This document shows, one piece after another, positions 47,667-56,746 of a stretch of 64,000 nucleotides of DNA (position 1 is its first letter; each line of letters starts with the position of its first letter). A model generated the notes under the pieces. It made no database searches. It worked only from the letters and a program-made list of their open reading frames with translations, and was not told where the DNA came from. The translations under genes were made by a program, and so were the position numbers. The DNA is from an uncultured Verrucomicrobiota bacterium (lineage in GTDB: Bacteria > Verrucomicrobiota > Verrucomicrobiia > Limisphaerales > UBA9464): positions 5,341-69,340 of the forward strand of contig CAIRNV010000437.1 of the NCBI GenBank assembly GCA_903880005.1, in the 5' to 3' direction.

Positions 47667-49883
47667 ATGGACGCCTCCAAGAATCCCGCCCTGGGCGGCG
47701 GCAATGCACCCGCCGAGGCCCGGCAGCACTTTCTCGACTATTGGCGCATCATCCGCTTGAGGAAGGCCATCATCTTGACGGTCTTCTTCCTCATCGTCGC
47801 CACGGTCTCCGTGGTCACCAACTTCCTCCCGTCGCTCTACATGAGCACGGTGGGCATGAAGGTGGAGAAGGATACGCCTGACGTCGCGCCGTTCACCGCC
47901 TTTGGGCTGCCGCAGCAGCAGTTCGATCCCTACTTCTTCAACACCGAGTTCGAGGTGCTGAAATCCCATCGCATCCTGGATGCGGTGATCCTGCGCACGT
48001 CGCTGGACAAGGTCTATGCCAAGCGCCTCAAGCTGCCCGAAGTAACGGTCCAGCAGGCCTACGAGATCCTGTCCCGCAACATGGACATCAAGCAAAAGCG
48101 CAATGCGGCGATCATCGAGATCAGCGCCTACGACCAGGACAAGGAGCTGGCCCGCGACATCGCCAATGCGATCGCAGAAGTGTACAAGTCGGCGCGTGGC
48201 GAGACGCGCACCAAGCGCTTCGACAGCGGCCTGACCACGCTGTCCAACAAGCTGACCGACCTTGAGTTCCAGGTGAAGGTGGCCCAGACGAATGTAGATG
48301 ACCTGCGCAAGGCCGGTAAGGTGTCGGACCTCGGGCCTGAAAGCCCCCAGTACATCACGTTGTTCACCCAAACCATTTCCCGCCTGGAGGCCGCCCGGAC
48401 CCAGCTTCGTGGAGAGGTGGCCGCCCTGGAGCAAACCTTCGAGAAGGTCCGATCCAGGAAGGGGGATGACCTGCGCCACTTTTTGGCCGCGTCCAATCCA
48501 ACGCAGGAGCTCACGGCGCTGCTCGGCAACCTGAACCAAGCCAAGCAAAAGAAGGTCTCCCTTCTCACCACACTGGGTGACAAGCACCCCGAGGTTCAGC
48601 GCGTCGAGAAGCTGATTTCGGAAATCAACGACCAGATCGAGAAGGAGGTCGAGGGCATCCGAGCCTCCATGGAGGCACGGTTGGATGCCAGCAAGCGTGC
48701 GGCCGACGACTTGCAGAAGCAGATTGAGGAAGCCACGGAGAAGAGCACCCAGGAGTTGGCGGCCTCGGCCCCTTACAGCCGGGCGAAGCGCGACCTCGAG
48801 ACGTTGCTGCGCCAGAAGGAAGCCATGCAGATGGAACTCAACCAACAGGTGGTCAACAGCCAGTTGGTGCGCGATGCCTCGGTGGACATCATCGACCGCG
48901 CCTTGCCCGGGATGCGCCCCGTGCGTCCCAACAAGCCGTTGTTCATCGCCATTGGTGCGTTGGCGGGCCTTTTGCTGGGCTTCCTCCTCGCGTTCTTTAT
49001 CGAGTATCTCGACACCAGCGTGAAGACGATCGACGACGTGGAGCAGGCGCTGGGCGCGCCGGTGCTTGGCGTCATCCCGCAGAACGTCGCCCCGCTGATC
49101 AAGGAAGGGCTGGATAGCGCCCATGCCGAGGCCTACCGCGTCCTTCGCACGAACATCCTGTTCTCACGCAAGGACCCGGATCAACGCACCATGACCGTTG
49201 TCTCGGGGGGCGCTGGCGAGGGCAAGTCCACCACCATCTTCAACCTTGCCACCATCTTTGCCCAGCAAGGCAGCCGCGTCCTCGTTGTGGACTCGGACCT
49301 TCGACGCCCGAGCCTGCACAAGATCCTGGGCGTGGCGAACACCGTGGGCCTGACGAATTACCTCCTGCGGCAAAAGTCGTTTGAGGAAGTCGTCCAAACC
49401 ACCCCGCTCGAGAACCTTCACTTCATGCCCTCCGGCAGGTTGCCCAGCAGTTCCGTGGGCATCCTGAGCTCCCCGCAGATGAAGGAGTTCATCGAGGAAT
49501 CCCGTCGCCGCTATGACTACGTCTTCTTCGACTCCCCGCCCATCATGGGCGTCTCGGACGCCTCGATCCTGGCCTCGGAGATGGACATGGCCGTCCTGGT
49601 GGTCCAGTACCGCAAGTACCCCCAGCAGATGACCATCCGGGCCAAGCAAATGGTCGAGAAGATCGGCGGGCCCAATTGCTTGCTTGGGGTGGTGCTGAAC
49701 AACATCAACATCTCGCAGGACAGCTATTACTACTACTACAGCGGCTACTACTACGATTACTACAACAAGGAGGGCGAGGAGGGCGCGGTGCCTCCGTCCG
49801 GCGGGTCGGGCGATGCCAAGGTTGGAACCCCGGCGCCAGATGCATCCTCCAAGCCCGAGTCCGCCATCAAGCCGAAGTACTAG
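47667..49883 (+). CDS. polysaccharide biosynthesis tyrosine autokinase (Wzc/GumC/EpsG-like PCP-2a)
   Basis: Wzz-type N-terminus with two TM helices and a long coiled coil. Walker A VVSGGAGEGKSTT, A' VLVVDSDLRRP, B YDYVFFDSPP. C-terminal Tyr cluster SQDSYYYYYSGYYYDYYNKE. Confidence 0.9.
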   Translation: MDASKNPALGGGNAPAEARQHFLDYWRIIRLRKAIILTVFFLIVATVSVVTNFLPSLYMSTVGMKVEKDTPDVAPFTAFGLPQQQFDPYFFNTEFEVLKSHRILDAVILRTSLDKVYAKRLKLPEVTVQQAYEILSRNMDIKQKRNAAIIEISAYDQDKELARDIANAIAEVYKSARGETRTKRFDSGLTTLSNKLTDLEFQVKVAQTNVDDLRKAGKVSDLGPESPQYITLFTQTISRLEAARTQLRGEVAALEQTFEKVRSRKGDDLRHFLAASNPTQELTALLGNLNQAKQKKVSLLTTLGDKHPEVQRVEKLISEINDQIEKEVEGIRASMEARLDASKRAADDLQKQIEEATEKSTQELAASAPYSRAKRDLETLLRQKEAMQMELNQQVVNSQLVRDASVDIIDRALPGMRPVRPNKPLFIAIGALAGLLLGFLLAFFIEYLDTSVKTIDDVEQALGAPVLGVIPQNVAPLIKEGLDSAHAEAYRVLRTNILFSRKDPDQRTMTVVSGGAGEGKSTTIFNLATIFAQQGSRVLVVDSDLRRPSLHKILGVANTVGLTNYLLRQKSFEEVVQTTPLENLHFMPSGRLPSSSVGILSSPQMKEFIEESRRRYDYVFFDSPPIMGVSDASILASEMDMAVLVVQYRKYPQQMTIRAKQMVEKIGGPNCLLGVVLNNINISQDSYYYYYSGYYYDYYNKEGEEGAVPPSGGSGDAKVGTPAPDASSKPESAIKPKY

Positions 49884-49901
49884 TTGCCTCCCCATTTAGA
49901 C

Positions 49902-50522
49902 ATGCCCTTCCTACGCTTGCGTCATCGTTTGGCCCCTGGGCTGCTGGCATTTTGGCTGGCGCTCCTCGCCCGCGTTCTTCCCGGCTTGGCCGAGGACTCC
50001 AGCAAGCCGCCCGTGGCCAGTGCCGACCTCAGCAGCGACGTGCTGAACGTGGGCGACAAGATTCGCGTGACGTTTGGCGACATCACGGATCCCCCCGCGC
50101 CCCTCGACACCCAGATACCCGAGAGTGGCTCCGTCACATTGCACCTTGGCCACAAGTTCAACTTCCGGGGCGAGCGCCGCGATCTCCTCGAGCAAAAGAT
50201 CCGGGACTACTACATCACCAACGGTCTCTACAAGATCATCACGGTCTCCATCGAGGTTCCGGCCCGCCCCATCACCGTCGGCGGCGAGGTGCGTTCGCCC
50301 AACACCTATCCCCACCCCGGCAGGTTGAGCATCCTCAAGGCCATCGACCTGGCGGGTGGGTTCACGGAGTTTGCCGACCGCCGGAAGGTCCGAATCATTC
50401 GCAACAGCAAGCCCATCATCGTGAATTGCAAGAAGGCCTTGGATGATCCGTCCAAGCATGACGTCGAGGTGTTCCCTGGTGACAAGATCCAGGTGGATCG
50501 GCGCGGCTTGCTGCCATTTTAG
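49902..50522 (+). CDS. short polysaccharide export (OPX, Wza-like) protein: Poly_export + one SLBB domain, no C-terminal OM helix
   Basis: Signal peptide, GDKIRVTF, PITVGGEVRSPNTYPHPGRLSILKAIDLAGGFTEFADRRKVRIIR, and VFPGDKIQV. Only about 206 aa. Confidence 0.8.
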   Translation: MPFLRLRHRLAPGLLAFWLALLARVLPGLAEDSSKPPVASADLSSDVLNVGDKIRVTFGDITDPPAPLDTQIPESGSVTLHLGHKFNFRGERRDLLEQKIRDYYITNGLYKIITVSIEVPARPITVGGEVRSPNTYPHPGRLSILKAIDLAGGFTEFADRRKVRIIRNSKPIIVNCKKALDDPSKHDVEVFPGDKIQVDRRGLLPF

Positions 50523-50542
50523 GCAGGGCTTCTTCCCGGCCC

Positions 50543-50932
50543 ATGGCCGCCACGGAAATACTCGTCCTTTCGGGTCCCGACCAAGGTCGAGTACTGGCCA
50601 TCGAGGCACTCCCTTGCGTCATCGGCCAATCCCCATCCAGCCATGCCGTCCTGAAGGGGCCCGGGGTTTGGGATCGGCACGCCGAGGTTTCCTTGGGGCA
50701 GGACGGGCGTTTCCGGATCCGAGTGCTGGGCGACGCCACGGGCGCCCGTTCCGACGTCCGCGAGACGGAATGGGCGTTGAAGAATGGGGAATCCTTCAGC
50801 CTGGGTGGAGTGCACCTGCGTTTCGGGTTGGCCTCGGGCGTCCAGCGATCGCCCAAGCCCACGGAATTCATGGCTTGGGCTGCCTTGCTGGCCGTGGTGA
50901 TCCTCCAAGGCTGGCTCCTGTTTCGGGCTTAG
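50543..50932 (+). CDS. FHA-like domain protein with a C-terminal TM anchor
   Basis: VIGQSPSSHAVLKGPGVWDRHAEV...LKNGESFSLGGVHLRF follows the FHA pattern, but with GQ where FHA has GR and DRH where FHA has SxxH. C-terminal helix FMAWAALLAVVILQGWLLF. Confidence 0.55.
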   Translation: MAATEILVLSGPDQGRVLAIEALPCVIGQSPSSHAVLKGPGVWDRHAEVSLGQDGRFRIRVLGDATGARSDVRETEWALKNGESFSLGGVHLRFGLASGVQRSPKPTEFMAWAALLAVVILQGWLLFRA

Positions 50933-51100
50933 CCGGAACGATTCAGTTGGATCGGTCGTGCTTGCTGGATCTTCTTCCGCAAGAGCTTCGTCCTTCGCTC
51001 GTCACGGGCCGCGAACGGGCCCGCGCCTCGCCCACTCCTCGGTTAGTGAAGTCATCTGCTTGGCGATGACTTCCCTCCCAACTCAATCGTTCCGTCTCAG
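50929..51100. repeat. family-A MITE-like repeat, long form (A3)
   Basis: Left end ttagccggaacgattcagttgg and right end ccaactcaatcgttccgtctcag form terminal inverted repeats of about 20 nt. The internal segment is shared with A4 and the right third with A2. Confidence 0.75.
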
Positions 51101-51156
51101 GCGTCGCCCCCACACGGCGCGGAGGGTATCGACACAGGCCGAGTTCATCGGGCAAA

Positions 51157-53838
51157 ATGAGGGCTCATCTCATGGCGAGTTATTGGCTTCGCATCCTGCC
51201 CCTCCTTGCGGCTGGGTTGTTCGTGGGCCGGGTCGTGCCCGCCAACCTGGAGTTGTACCAAGCCGTCATTCAACCCCTGCTTCGCGAACGCTGTTGGGCC
51301 TGCCATGGGGCCCTTCAGCAAAAGGGTGGGCTCCGGTTGGATACCGTTGCCGCCATGCGGGCCGGGGGTGATTCGGGCCCCGTCATTCATGCCGGCCACC
51401 CCCGATCCAGCCTCCTTCTCGCGCGGGTGGCATCGGCGGATGTCGAGGAGCGCATGCCTCCGGAGCATGAGGGTGTCCCGCTCGATGCCTCCCAGGTCGC
51501 GACTCTCCGGGAATGGATCGAGGCCGGTGCACCGGCCCCCGCCAACGAACGGCCCGAGCCAGATCCTCGTCAGCACTGGGCCTTTCGTGCGCCCGCCAAG
51601 CCAGTGCCCGCGATCGTTGGAGGCCCGGGCCTCGGGCCGGTCGATGCCCTTTTGGATGCTGCCAGGACAGCACAAGGCCTTCGCGCCCGCCCCGAGGCCC
51701 CACGTCATGTCCTCATCCGGCGTCTCTTCATCGACTTGATTGGCTTGCCGCCCTCCGCGGAGGAGCGCGAGTCGGCGATGTCCGATCCCGCGCCCGACTG
51801 GTACGAGCGCTGGGTGGACCGCTTGCTGGCGGATCCTCGACATGGTGAGCGATGGGCACGCCATTGGATGGATCTCTGGCGATACAGCGATGCGTGGGGC
51901 CTTGGAGAACAACTGCGCAACAGCCAGAAGCACATCCATCACTGGCGCGACTGGATGATCGAGTCCCTGAACGCGGACGTGCCCTACGACGAGATGGTCC
52001 GATTGATGTTGGCCGCCGACGAGTTGCATCCGGAGGATCCAGGGCGGGTCCGAGCGACCGGCTACCTCGCGCGCAACTTCTTCCTCTTCAACCGCAACCA
52101 GTGGCTCGACGAGACGGTCGAGCATATGTCGAAGGCCTTCTTGGGGCTCACGTTGAACTGCGCCAAATGCCACGATCACAAGTACGATCCCTTCCCGCAG
52201 ACGGATTACTACCGGATGCGTGCCTTCTTCGAGCCGTATCACGTGCGCCTCGACGTTCGGCCGGGTGAACCCGACCTCGCGCGCGATGGGGTTCCCCGGG
52301 CCTACGACCGTGACCTGGATCGGCCCACCTTTCGGTTTGTTCGCGGGAATGAGAATGCGCCCGACACCCAGCGGGTCATTCGCCCGGGCGTGCCGGCGTT
52401 GCTGGGCCTCGAGCCGCCTGTCATTCGGCCCGTGACGCTTCCCCTGGGTGCGTTTCAGCCTGAGCGGCGTCCATGGGTCCTCGAGGCCCATGTGGATGCG
52501 GCCCGGCAACGCGAGGCCCGGGCCACGCAACGATGGGTGTCCGAGCCCATGGCCGACGCGGCCACGCGTGCGGTCCTGGAGCGCGACGCCATGCTGGCCA
52601 GCGCCGAGCTGGCGGCGGTGGTGGCCCGCGCGGATGCGATGCGCGCGGCGTGGCGATTGGGCGAGGCCGGGGCCACGACGTCCGAGGCTGACGCCGCCCG
52701 CGTGACGGCCGTGAGGGCTGAGCGGAAGGTGTCTGAATCGCGCGCCTTGCTGGCCGTGGCGGAGGCCGAGCAACGGCTGGCAACGGCGGAACCGTCCAAG
52801 CGGGAGGCCAAGGCCAAGGAGTTGGAGGCCGCCCGCAAGAAGGCCTCCGAGGCTGCCGTCGCGGCCGCCGCCCCTGTTGTGCCTGCCGACAAGCCCACTC
52901 CCTTGGTTGGTGCGGCTTGGAGTGCCACACGGTTCCTGGACTCCACGAAGGACGATCCCAACCCGGCTTTTCCCCCGGAGAGCACGGGTCGCCGTACGGC
53001 CTTGGCGCGTTGGATGACCGATCATAGGAACCCCCTGACGGCGCGCGTGGCGGTAAATCATGTCTGGAGCCGTCACATGGGCGCGCCGTTGGTGCCGACG
53101 GTCTTCGACTTTGGCCGCAAGGGATCACCGCCCGACCAACAACCCCTGCTCGACTGGTTGGCCGTCGAGTTCATGGAACATGGGTGGAGCCTGCGGCATC
53201 TGCATCGCGTCATCGTGCTGTCGGATGCCTACCGGATGGAGTCGTCCGTCGGCGGCGCAGCGCGCGAGATGTCGAGGGATCCGGAGAACCGACACTGGTG
53301 GCGCCGCGTGCCGACGAGGATGGAGGCGCAGGTCGTGCGCGACTCGATCCTGGCCCACGCGGGCGCGTTGGAGACGTTGCTGGGCGGGCCCTCGGTGGCC
53401 CCGGAGGCCCAGGCTGCGTCCCGCCGCCGCAGCCTGTATCTCTATCATTCCAACAACGACCGGAACTTGTTCCTGGCGACGTTCGACGATGCCACGGTCA
53501 AGGAGTGTTACCGGCGCGACGTGAGCGTTGTGCCGCAGCAAGCGTTGGCGTTGATGAACGCACGCTCCGTGCAGGATGTGGTTCCCGACATCGCACGCCG
53601 GATTGAGGGGCGAGCCGGGTTGGAGGACGATGCCGGGTTTGTCCGGGAGGCTTTCAGAACCCTGCTGGGATTTGACCCGGGCCCTCGCGAGGTCGAGGCG
53701 ACCGTGCGAGCGATGGAGGCGTGGAGGAAAGGCGCGGACGCAGGTCCGGGCGCGTCGAGGGCGGCTGCATCACGGCGGGCGCGCGAGGGAGTGGCGTGGG
53801 CGTTGTTGAATCACGGTGACTTCGTCACGCTGCGTTGA
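51157..53838 (+). CDS. PSCyt1 + DUF1549 + DUF1553 domain protein (planctomycete-type cytochrome c family)
   Basis: [22 protein letters not shown] (PSCyt1), [17 protein letters not shown] (DUF1549), and [24 protein letters not shown] (DUF1553). Confidence 0.88.
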   Translation: MRAHLMASYWLRILPLLAAGLFVGRVVPANLELYQAVIQPLLRERCWACHGALQQKGGLRLDTVAAMRAGGDSGPVIHAGHPRSSLLLARVASADVEERMPPEHEGVPLDASQVATLREWIEAGAPAPANERPEPDPRQHWAFRAPAKPVPAIVGGPGLGPVDALLDAARTAQGLRARPEAPRHVLIRRLFIDLIGLPPSAEERESAMSDPAPDWYERWVDRLLADPRHGERWARHWMDLWRYSDAWGLGEQLRNSQKHIHHWRDWMIESLNADVPYDEMVRLMLAADELHPEDPGRVRATGYLARNFFLFNRNQWLDETVEHMSKAFLGLTLNCAKCHDHKYDPFPQTDYYRMRAFFEPYHVRLDVRPGEPDLARDGVPRAYDRDLDRPTFRFVRGNENAPDTQRVIRPGVPALLGLEPPVIRPVTLPLGAFQPERRPWVLEAHVDAARQREARATQRWVSEPMADAATRAVLERDAMLASAELAAVVARADAMRAAWRLGEAGATTSEADAARVTAVRAERKVSESRALLAVAEAEQRLATAEPSKREAKAKELEAARKKASEAAVAAAAPVVPADKPTPLVGAAWSATRFLDSTKDDPNPAFPPESTGRRTALARWMTDHRNPLTARVAVNHVWSRHMGAPLVPTVFDFGRKGSPPDQQPLLDWLAVEFMEHGWSLRHLHRVIVLSDAYRMESSVGGAAREMSRDPENRHWWRRVPTRMEAQVVRDSILAHAGALETLLGGPSVAPEAQAASRRRSLYLYHSNNDRNLFLATFDDATVKECYRRDVSVVPQQALALMNARSVQDVVPDIARRIEGRAGLEDDAGFVREAFRTLLGFDPGPREVEATVRAMEAWRKGADAGPGASRAAASRRAREGVAWALLNHGDFVTLR

Positions 53839-53843
53839 GGACC

Positions 53844-55310
53844 ATGAGATCTGGACCACAAAGGATGGGGATGCGGCCGACCACGCGCCGGACGTTCCTT
53901 GCGGACCTGGGCATGGGTTTCACAGGGCTGGCGATGGGCGCGACGTTGGCGCGGGACGGCGTCCTGCGGGCGTCGGCTCCGGGCGGGCTGCCCCCCGATG
54001 GACGGCCGCACGTTCGGCCCCGGGCGAGGAGCGTGATCTGGCTCTTCATGAACGGCGGCGTCAGCCACATGGAGAGCTTCGATCCCAAGCCCATGCTCAA
54101 CGTCCATGCGGGCAAGACGATCGCTCAAACACCGTTTGCACACGTCCAGGATCCCCGGCGCCTTGCCATCGAGCGCCTCGTCGTCCCGGACGCCAATGGC
54201 AACCAACGCAACACCCTGTACCCGCTCCAGGTCGGGTTTCGACGCCATGGACGTTCCGGTGTGGAGATCAGCGACTGGTTCCCCCACATCGCCGGCCAAG
54301 CCGACCGCATCGCCTTTGTACGGTCGATGTGGACCACCGACAGCAACCACGGGGCGCAGACGCAGTTCCATTCGGGCCGCCACCAGAACGACGGCGACTT
54401 TCCAACCCTTGGCGCGTGGGTGCATTACGGGCTGGGGTCGCTGAATGAAAACCTCCCCCAATTCATTTCGATCGGCACGCGGGAGTATTGGAACAAGCGC
54501 GACGGGCATTACCTGGGGCCTGCCCATGATGCCGTTCCCTTGCGCATCGACCCGGCCCATCCGCTCGACTTTGGACGACACGAGGGCCCGTGGTCGGCCG
54601 AGGATCGGCGTACGGGACTGGACCTGGCCCGGACGTTGAACGGATTGCGGGGCGTCGAGTATCCCGAGGACCCGGCCATCGCCGCGCGGTTGGCGTCCTA
54701 TGACCTCGCCTACCGCATGCAGATGTCGGTGCCAGACGTCGTCGATTTCTCGCGGGAGACGGCCGAGACGAAGGCGATGTATGGGGTTGAGTCGCCGCAT
54801 TGCCGGGAGCTGGGGGGCCAGTTGCTGGCGGCCCGGCGGTTCGTCGAGCGAGGCGTGCGCTTCATCCAAGTCCAGCACGGCGGCGGCGGCGCGGGTGCAT
54901 GGGACGCCCATTCCGGGCTCAAGGCCAACCACGAGTCGCTGGCGCGTGCCGTGGACCAGCCCATTGGCGCGCTCTTGGTGGATCTCGAACGACGCGGCCT
55001 GCTCGACGAGACGTTGGTTGTGTTCGCCACGGAGTTTGGCCGGACGCCGGGGTCGCAGGGCAGCGACGGACGCGACCATCACATCTTTGGTTTCACCGTG
55101 TGGATGGCCGGGGGCGGGATCCGGGGCGGGACGGTGCATGGCGCGACGGATGAGATTGGGTTTCATGCGATCGAGGACCGGCACTACGTGACGGACATTC
55201 ACGCCACCATTTTGCAGCAGCTCGGGCTCGATTCGCGTCGCCTGGAAGTGCCCGGCCGCAAGCGCCTCGACATCGACCACGGCACGCCCATCCGCGGGAT
55301 GGTGAGCTAG
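53844..55310 (+). CDS. DUF1501 domain protein (sulfatase-fold, Tat signal)
   Basis: [19 protein letters not shown] twin-arginine signal, [16 protein letters not shown] and EFGRTP...GRDHH. If the TTG at 53835 is the start, it overlaps the upstream stop by 4 nt. Confidence 0.88.
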   Translation: MRSGPQRMGMRPTTRRTFLADLGMGFTGLAMGATLARDGVLRASAPGGLPPDGRPHVRPRARSVIWLFMNGGVSHMESFDPKPMLNVHAGKTIAQTPFAHVQDPRRLAIERLVVPDANGNQRNTLYPLQVGFRRHGRSGVEISDWFPHIAGQADRIAFVRSMWTTDSNHGAQTQFHSGRHQNDGDFPTLGAWVHYGLGSLNENLPQFISIGTREYWNKRDGHYLGPAHDAVPLRIDPAHPLDFGRHEGPWSAEDRRTGLDLARTLNGLRGVEYPEDPAIAARLASYDLAYRMQMSVPDVVDFSRETAETKAMYGVESPHCRELGGQLLAARRFVERGVRFIQVQHGGGGAGAWDAHSGLKANHESLARAVDQPIGALLVDLERRGLLDETLVVFATEFGRTPGSQGSDGRDHHIFGFTVWMAGGGIRGGTVHGATDEIGFHAIEDRHYVTDIHATILQQLGLDSRRLEVPGRKRLDIDHGTPIRGMVS

Positions 55311-55385
55311 GCCTGGACGGATGCAGCCTGAACACGGCGGTGTGCCGCTCTTGGGGCGATGTCATCCCCCATGACCGTTTCATGG

Positions 55386-55850
55386 CTAATCCCTCAGGAC
55401 GTCGTTCGGGAAATCGTCCCGGTCGAAGGTGGCCCTTGGAAACCGCCGGGCGAGGGGTTGGGCCGCGGCCTGGATGGCGGCGATGACCGCGCGGGTGATG
55501 TCCTGTGGAAGGTGAGGGGCCGCCGCGCGATGGATCGACTCCTTGAAGCAGGCTCCGAGGTGGAATTGGACGGCTTCGTCCGCCGCCACGGCCAACTGGC
55601 CCGATGCCGGGGCCACGAACAAGAGTACCCCATTGCGCATGGGCGTCCGGGTCATGCGGAGCCGTTCAAAATGCCGCGCGGCCAACACGATGGCCTCGTC
55701 GGCATCGGGTTTGTGACGGGTGATGAAGACCCGGATTTCGGCGGAGGTATGGGCCTCGGCGTCGCGGATGGCCTCCTCGATGGCGGCGTCGGACTGGTCG
55801 TGGTCGAGCATGCTCAAAAGGCCGGGCCGCCTCATGGCATGCTCCGGCAT
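55386..55850 (-). CDS. TPM (DUF477-like) domain protein
   Basis: HTSAEIRVFITRH...RNGVLLFVAPASGQLAVAADEAV follows the TPM phosphatase-domain pattern. Confidence 0.6.
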   Translation of the reverse strand: MPEHAMRRPGLLSMLDHDQSDAAIEEAIRDAEAHTSAEIRVFITRHKPDADEAIVLAARHFERLRMTRTPMRNGVLLFVAPASGQLAVAADEAVQFHLGACFKESIHRAAAPHLPQDITRAVIAAIQAAAQPLARRFPRATFDRDDFPNDVLRD

Positions 55851-55851
55851 G

Positions 55852-56643
55852 CTAGAACCTTGTGTCGGCCTTCCGGATGTCTAGTTCCCGAATCCAAATG
55901 TTGCGGTAGCGGACGTCATGGCCCTCGGCCTGGAGCTTGATGCCACCCGGCGTGTCGGTGATGCCCTTGCCGCCGTCGTTGCCGCCGTCGATGCCCGACT
56001 TGGGACCGCCCCACACTTGGCTGATTGCCACGTTTTCGTGGGCCTTGACCCCGTTGAGATAGACGGTCGCGATCGCCTTCTCGGTTCGCTTTCCGTCCGC
56101 GAAGCGCGCGGCGCGGAAGGTGATGTCGTAGGCGTTCCAGGTCCCGGGACCCTTGTAGGCGTGGTAGGGAGAGGGCGTCTCGTTGATGATGGCGCCCATG
56201 CCGTGGGAGGTCTTGTCCCCGTCCAACACCTGGATCTCGTAGCGATTTTGGAGGTACACGCCCGAGTTGCCCCCGGGCTTCGCCACGTAGAACTCGACAT
56301 GCAGTCGGAAGTCCCGGAACTCCTTTTTGGTCACGATGTCGGCGGCGCCATATCGGCCCCCATCCGCCGCCGGATCGAACGTCATGATGGCCCGGCCGCC
56401 ATCCACCGGGTCCTCCACTTCCTTCCACTTGATCGGCAGGGCCGAGGCGAAGCCCGGTCCTTGCCAGTAGGTCCAGTTGGCGTCGAGGGAGGCGCGGGTG
56501 CCATCGAGGAGCAGCGTGGCTCCTTGCGGGGGCTTGGCCCCGACGCCCACGTGGGCGGGGGCGTCGGCGGCCATCAAGGCCAATGCGAGGCAATGAAGCA
56601 GGGCGAACGGCACGGGTCCGCCCCGATGGAACCAAGTGGGCAT
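55852..56643 (-). CDS. DUF1080 (3-keto-disaccharide hydrolase / LamG-like) domain protein, secreted
   Basis: Signal peptide, WKEVEDPVDGG, NSGVYLQNRYEIQVLD, and LQAEGHDVRYRNIWIREL (typical DUF1080 C-terminus). Confidence 0.8.
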   Translation of the reverse strand: MPTWFHRGGPVPFALLHCLALALMAADAPAHVGVGAKPPQGATLLLDGTRASLDANWTYWQGPGFASALPIKWKEVEDPVDGGRAIMTFDPAADGGRYGAADIVTKKEFRDFRLHVEFYVAKPGGNSGVYLQNRYEIQVLDGDKTSHGMGAIINETPSPYHAYKGPGTWNAYDITFRAARFADGKRTEKAIATVYLNGVKAHENVAISQVWGGPKSGIDGGNDGGKGITDTPGGIKLQAEGHDVRYRNIWIRELDIRKADTRF

Positions 56644-56746
56644 GGGCGAGGTTGGGCCAGCGGCCGGGGCGCTGGCAATCCGTTAACCGCGACCGGTGCG
56701 ACTCGCCGGGGCCGTCGGCGGCCCCGGCGAAGCCGGGACGCGTCGC

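Noticed and set aside
49715-49775. Tyr-codon run near the 3' end of the kinase gene (tac/tat repeats), considered as a DNA microsatellite or slippage site.
   Set aside because: It encodes the expected C-terminal tyrosine cluster of BY-kinases. The codons alternate with Ser/Gly/Asp codons, so it is not a perfect tandem repeat.
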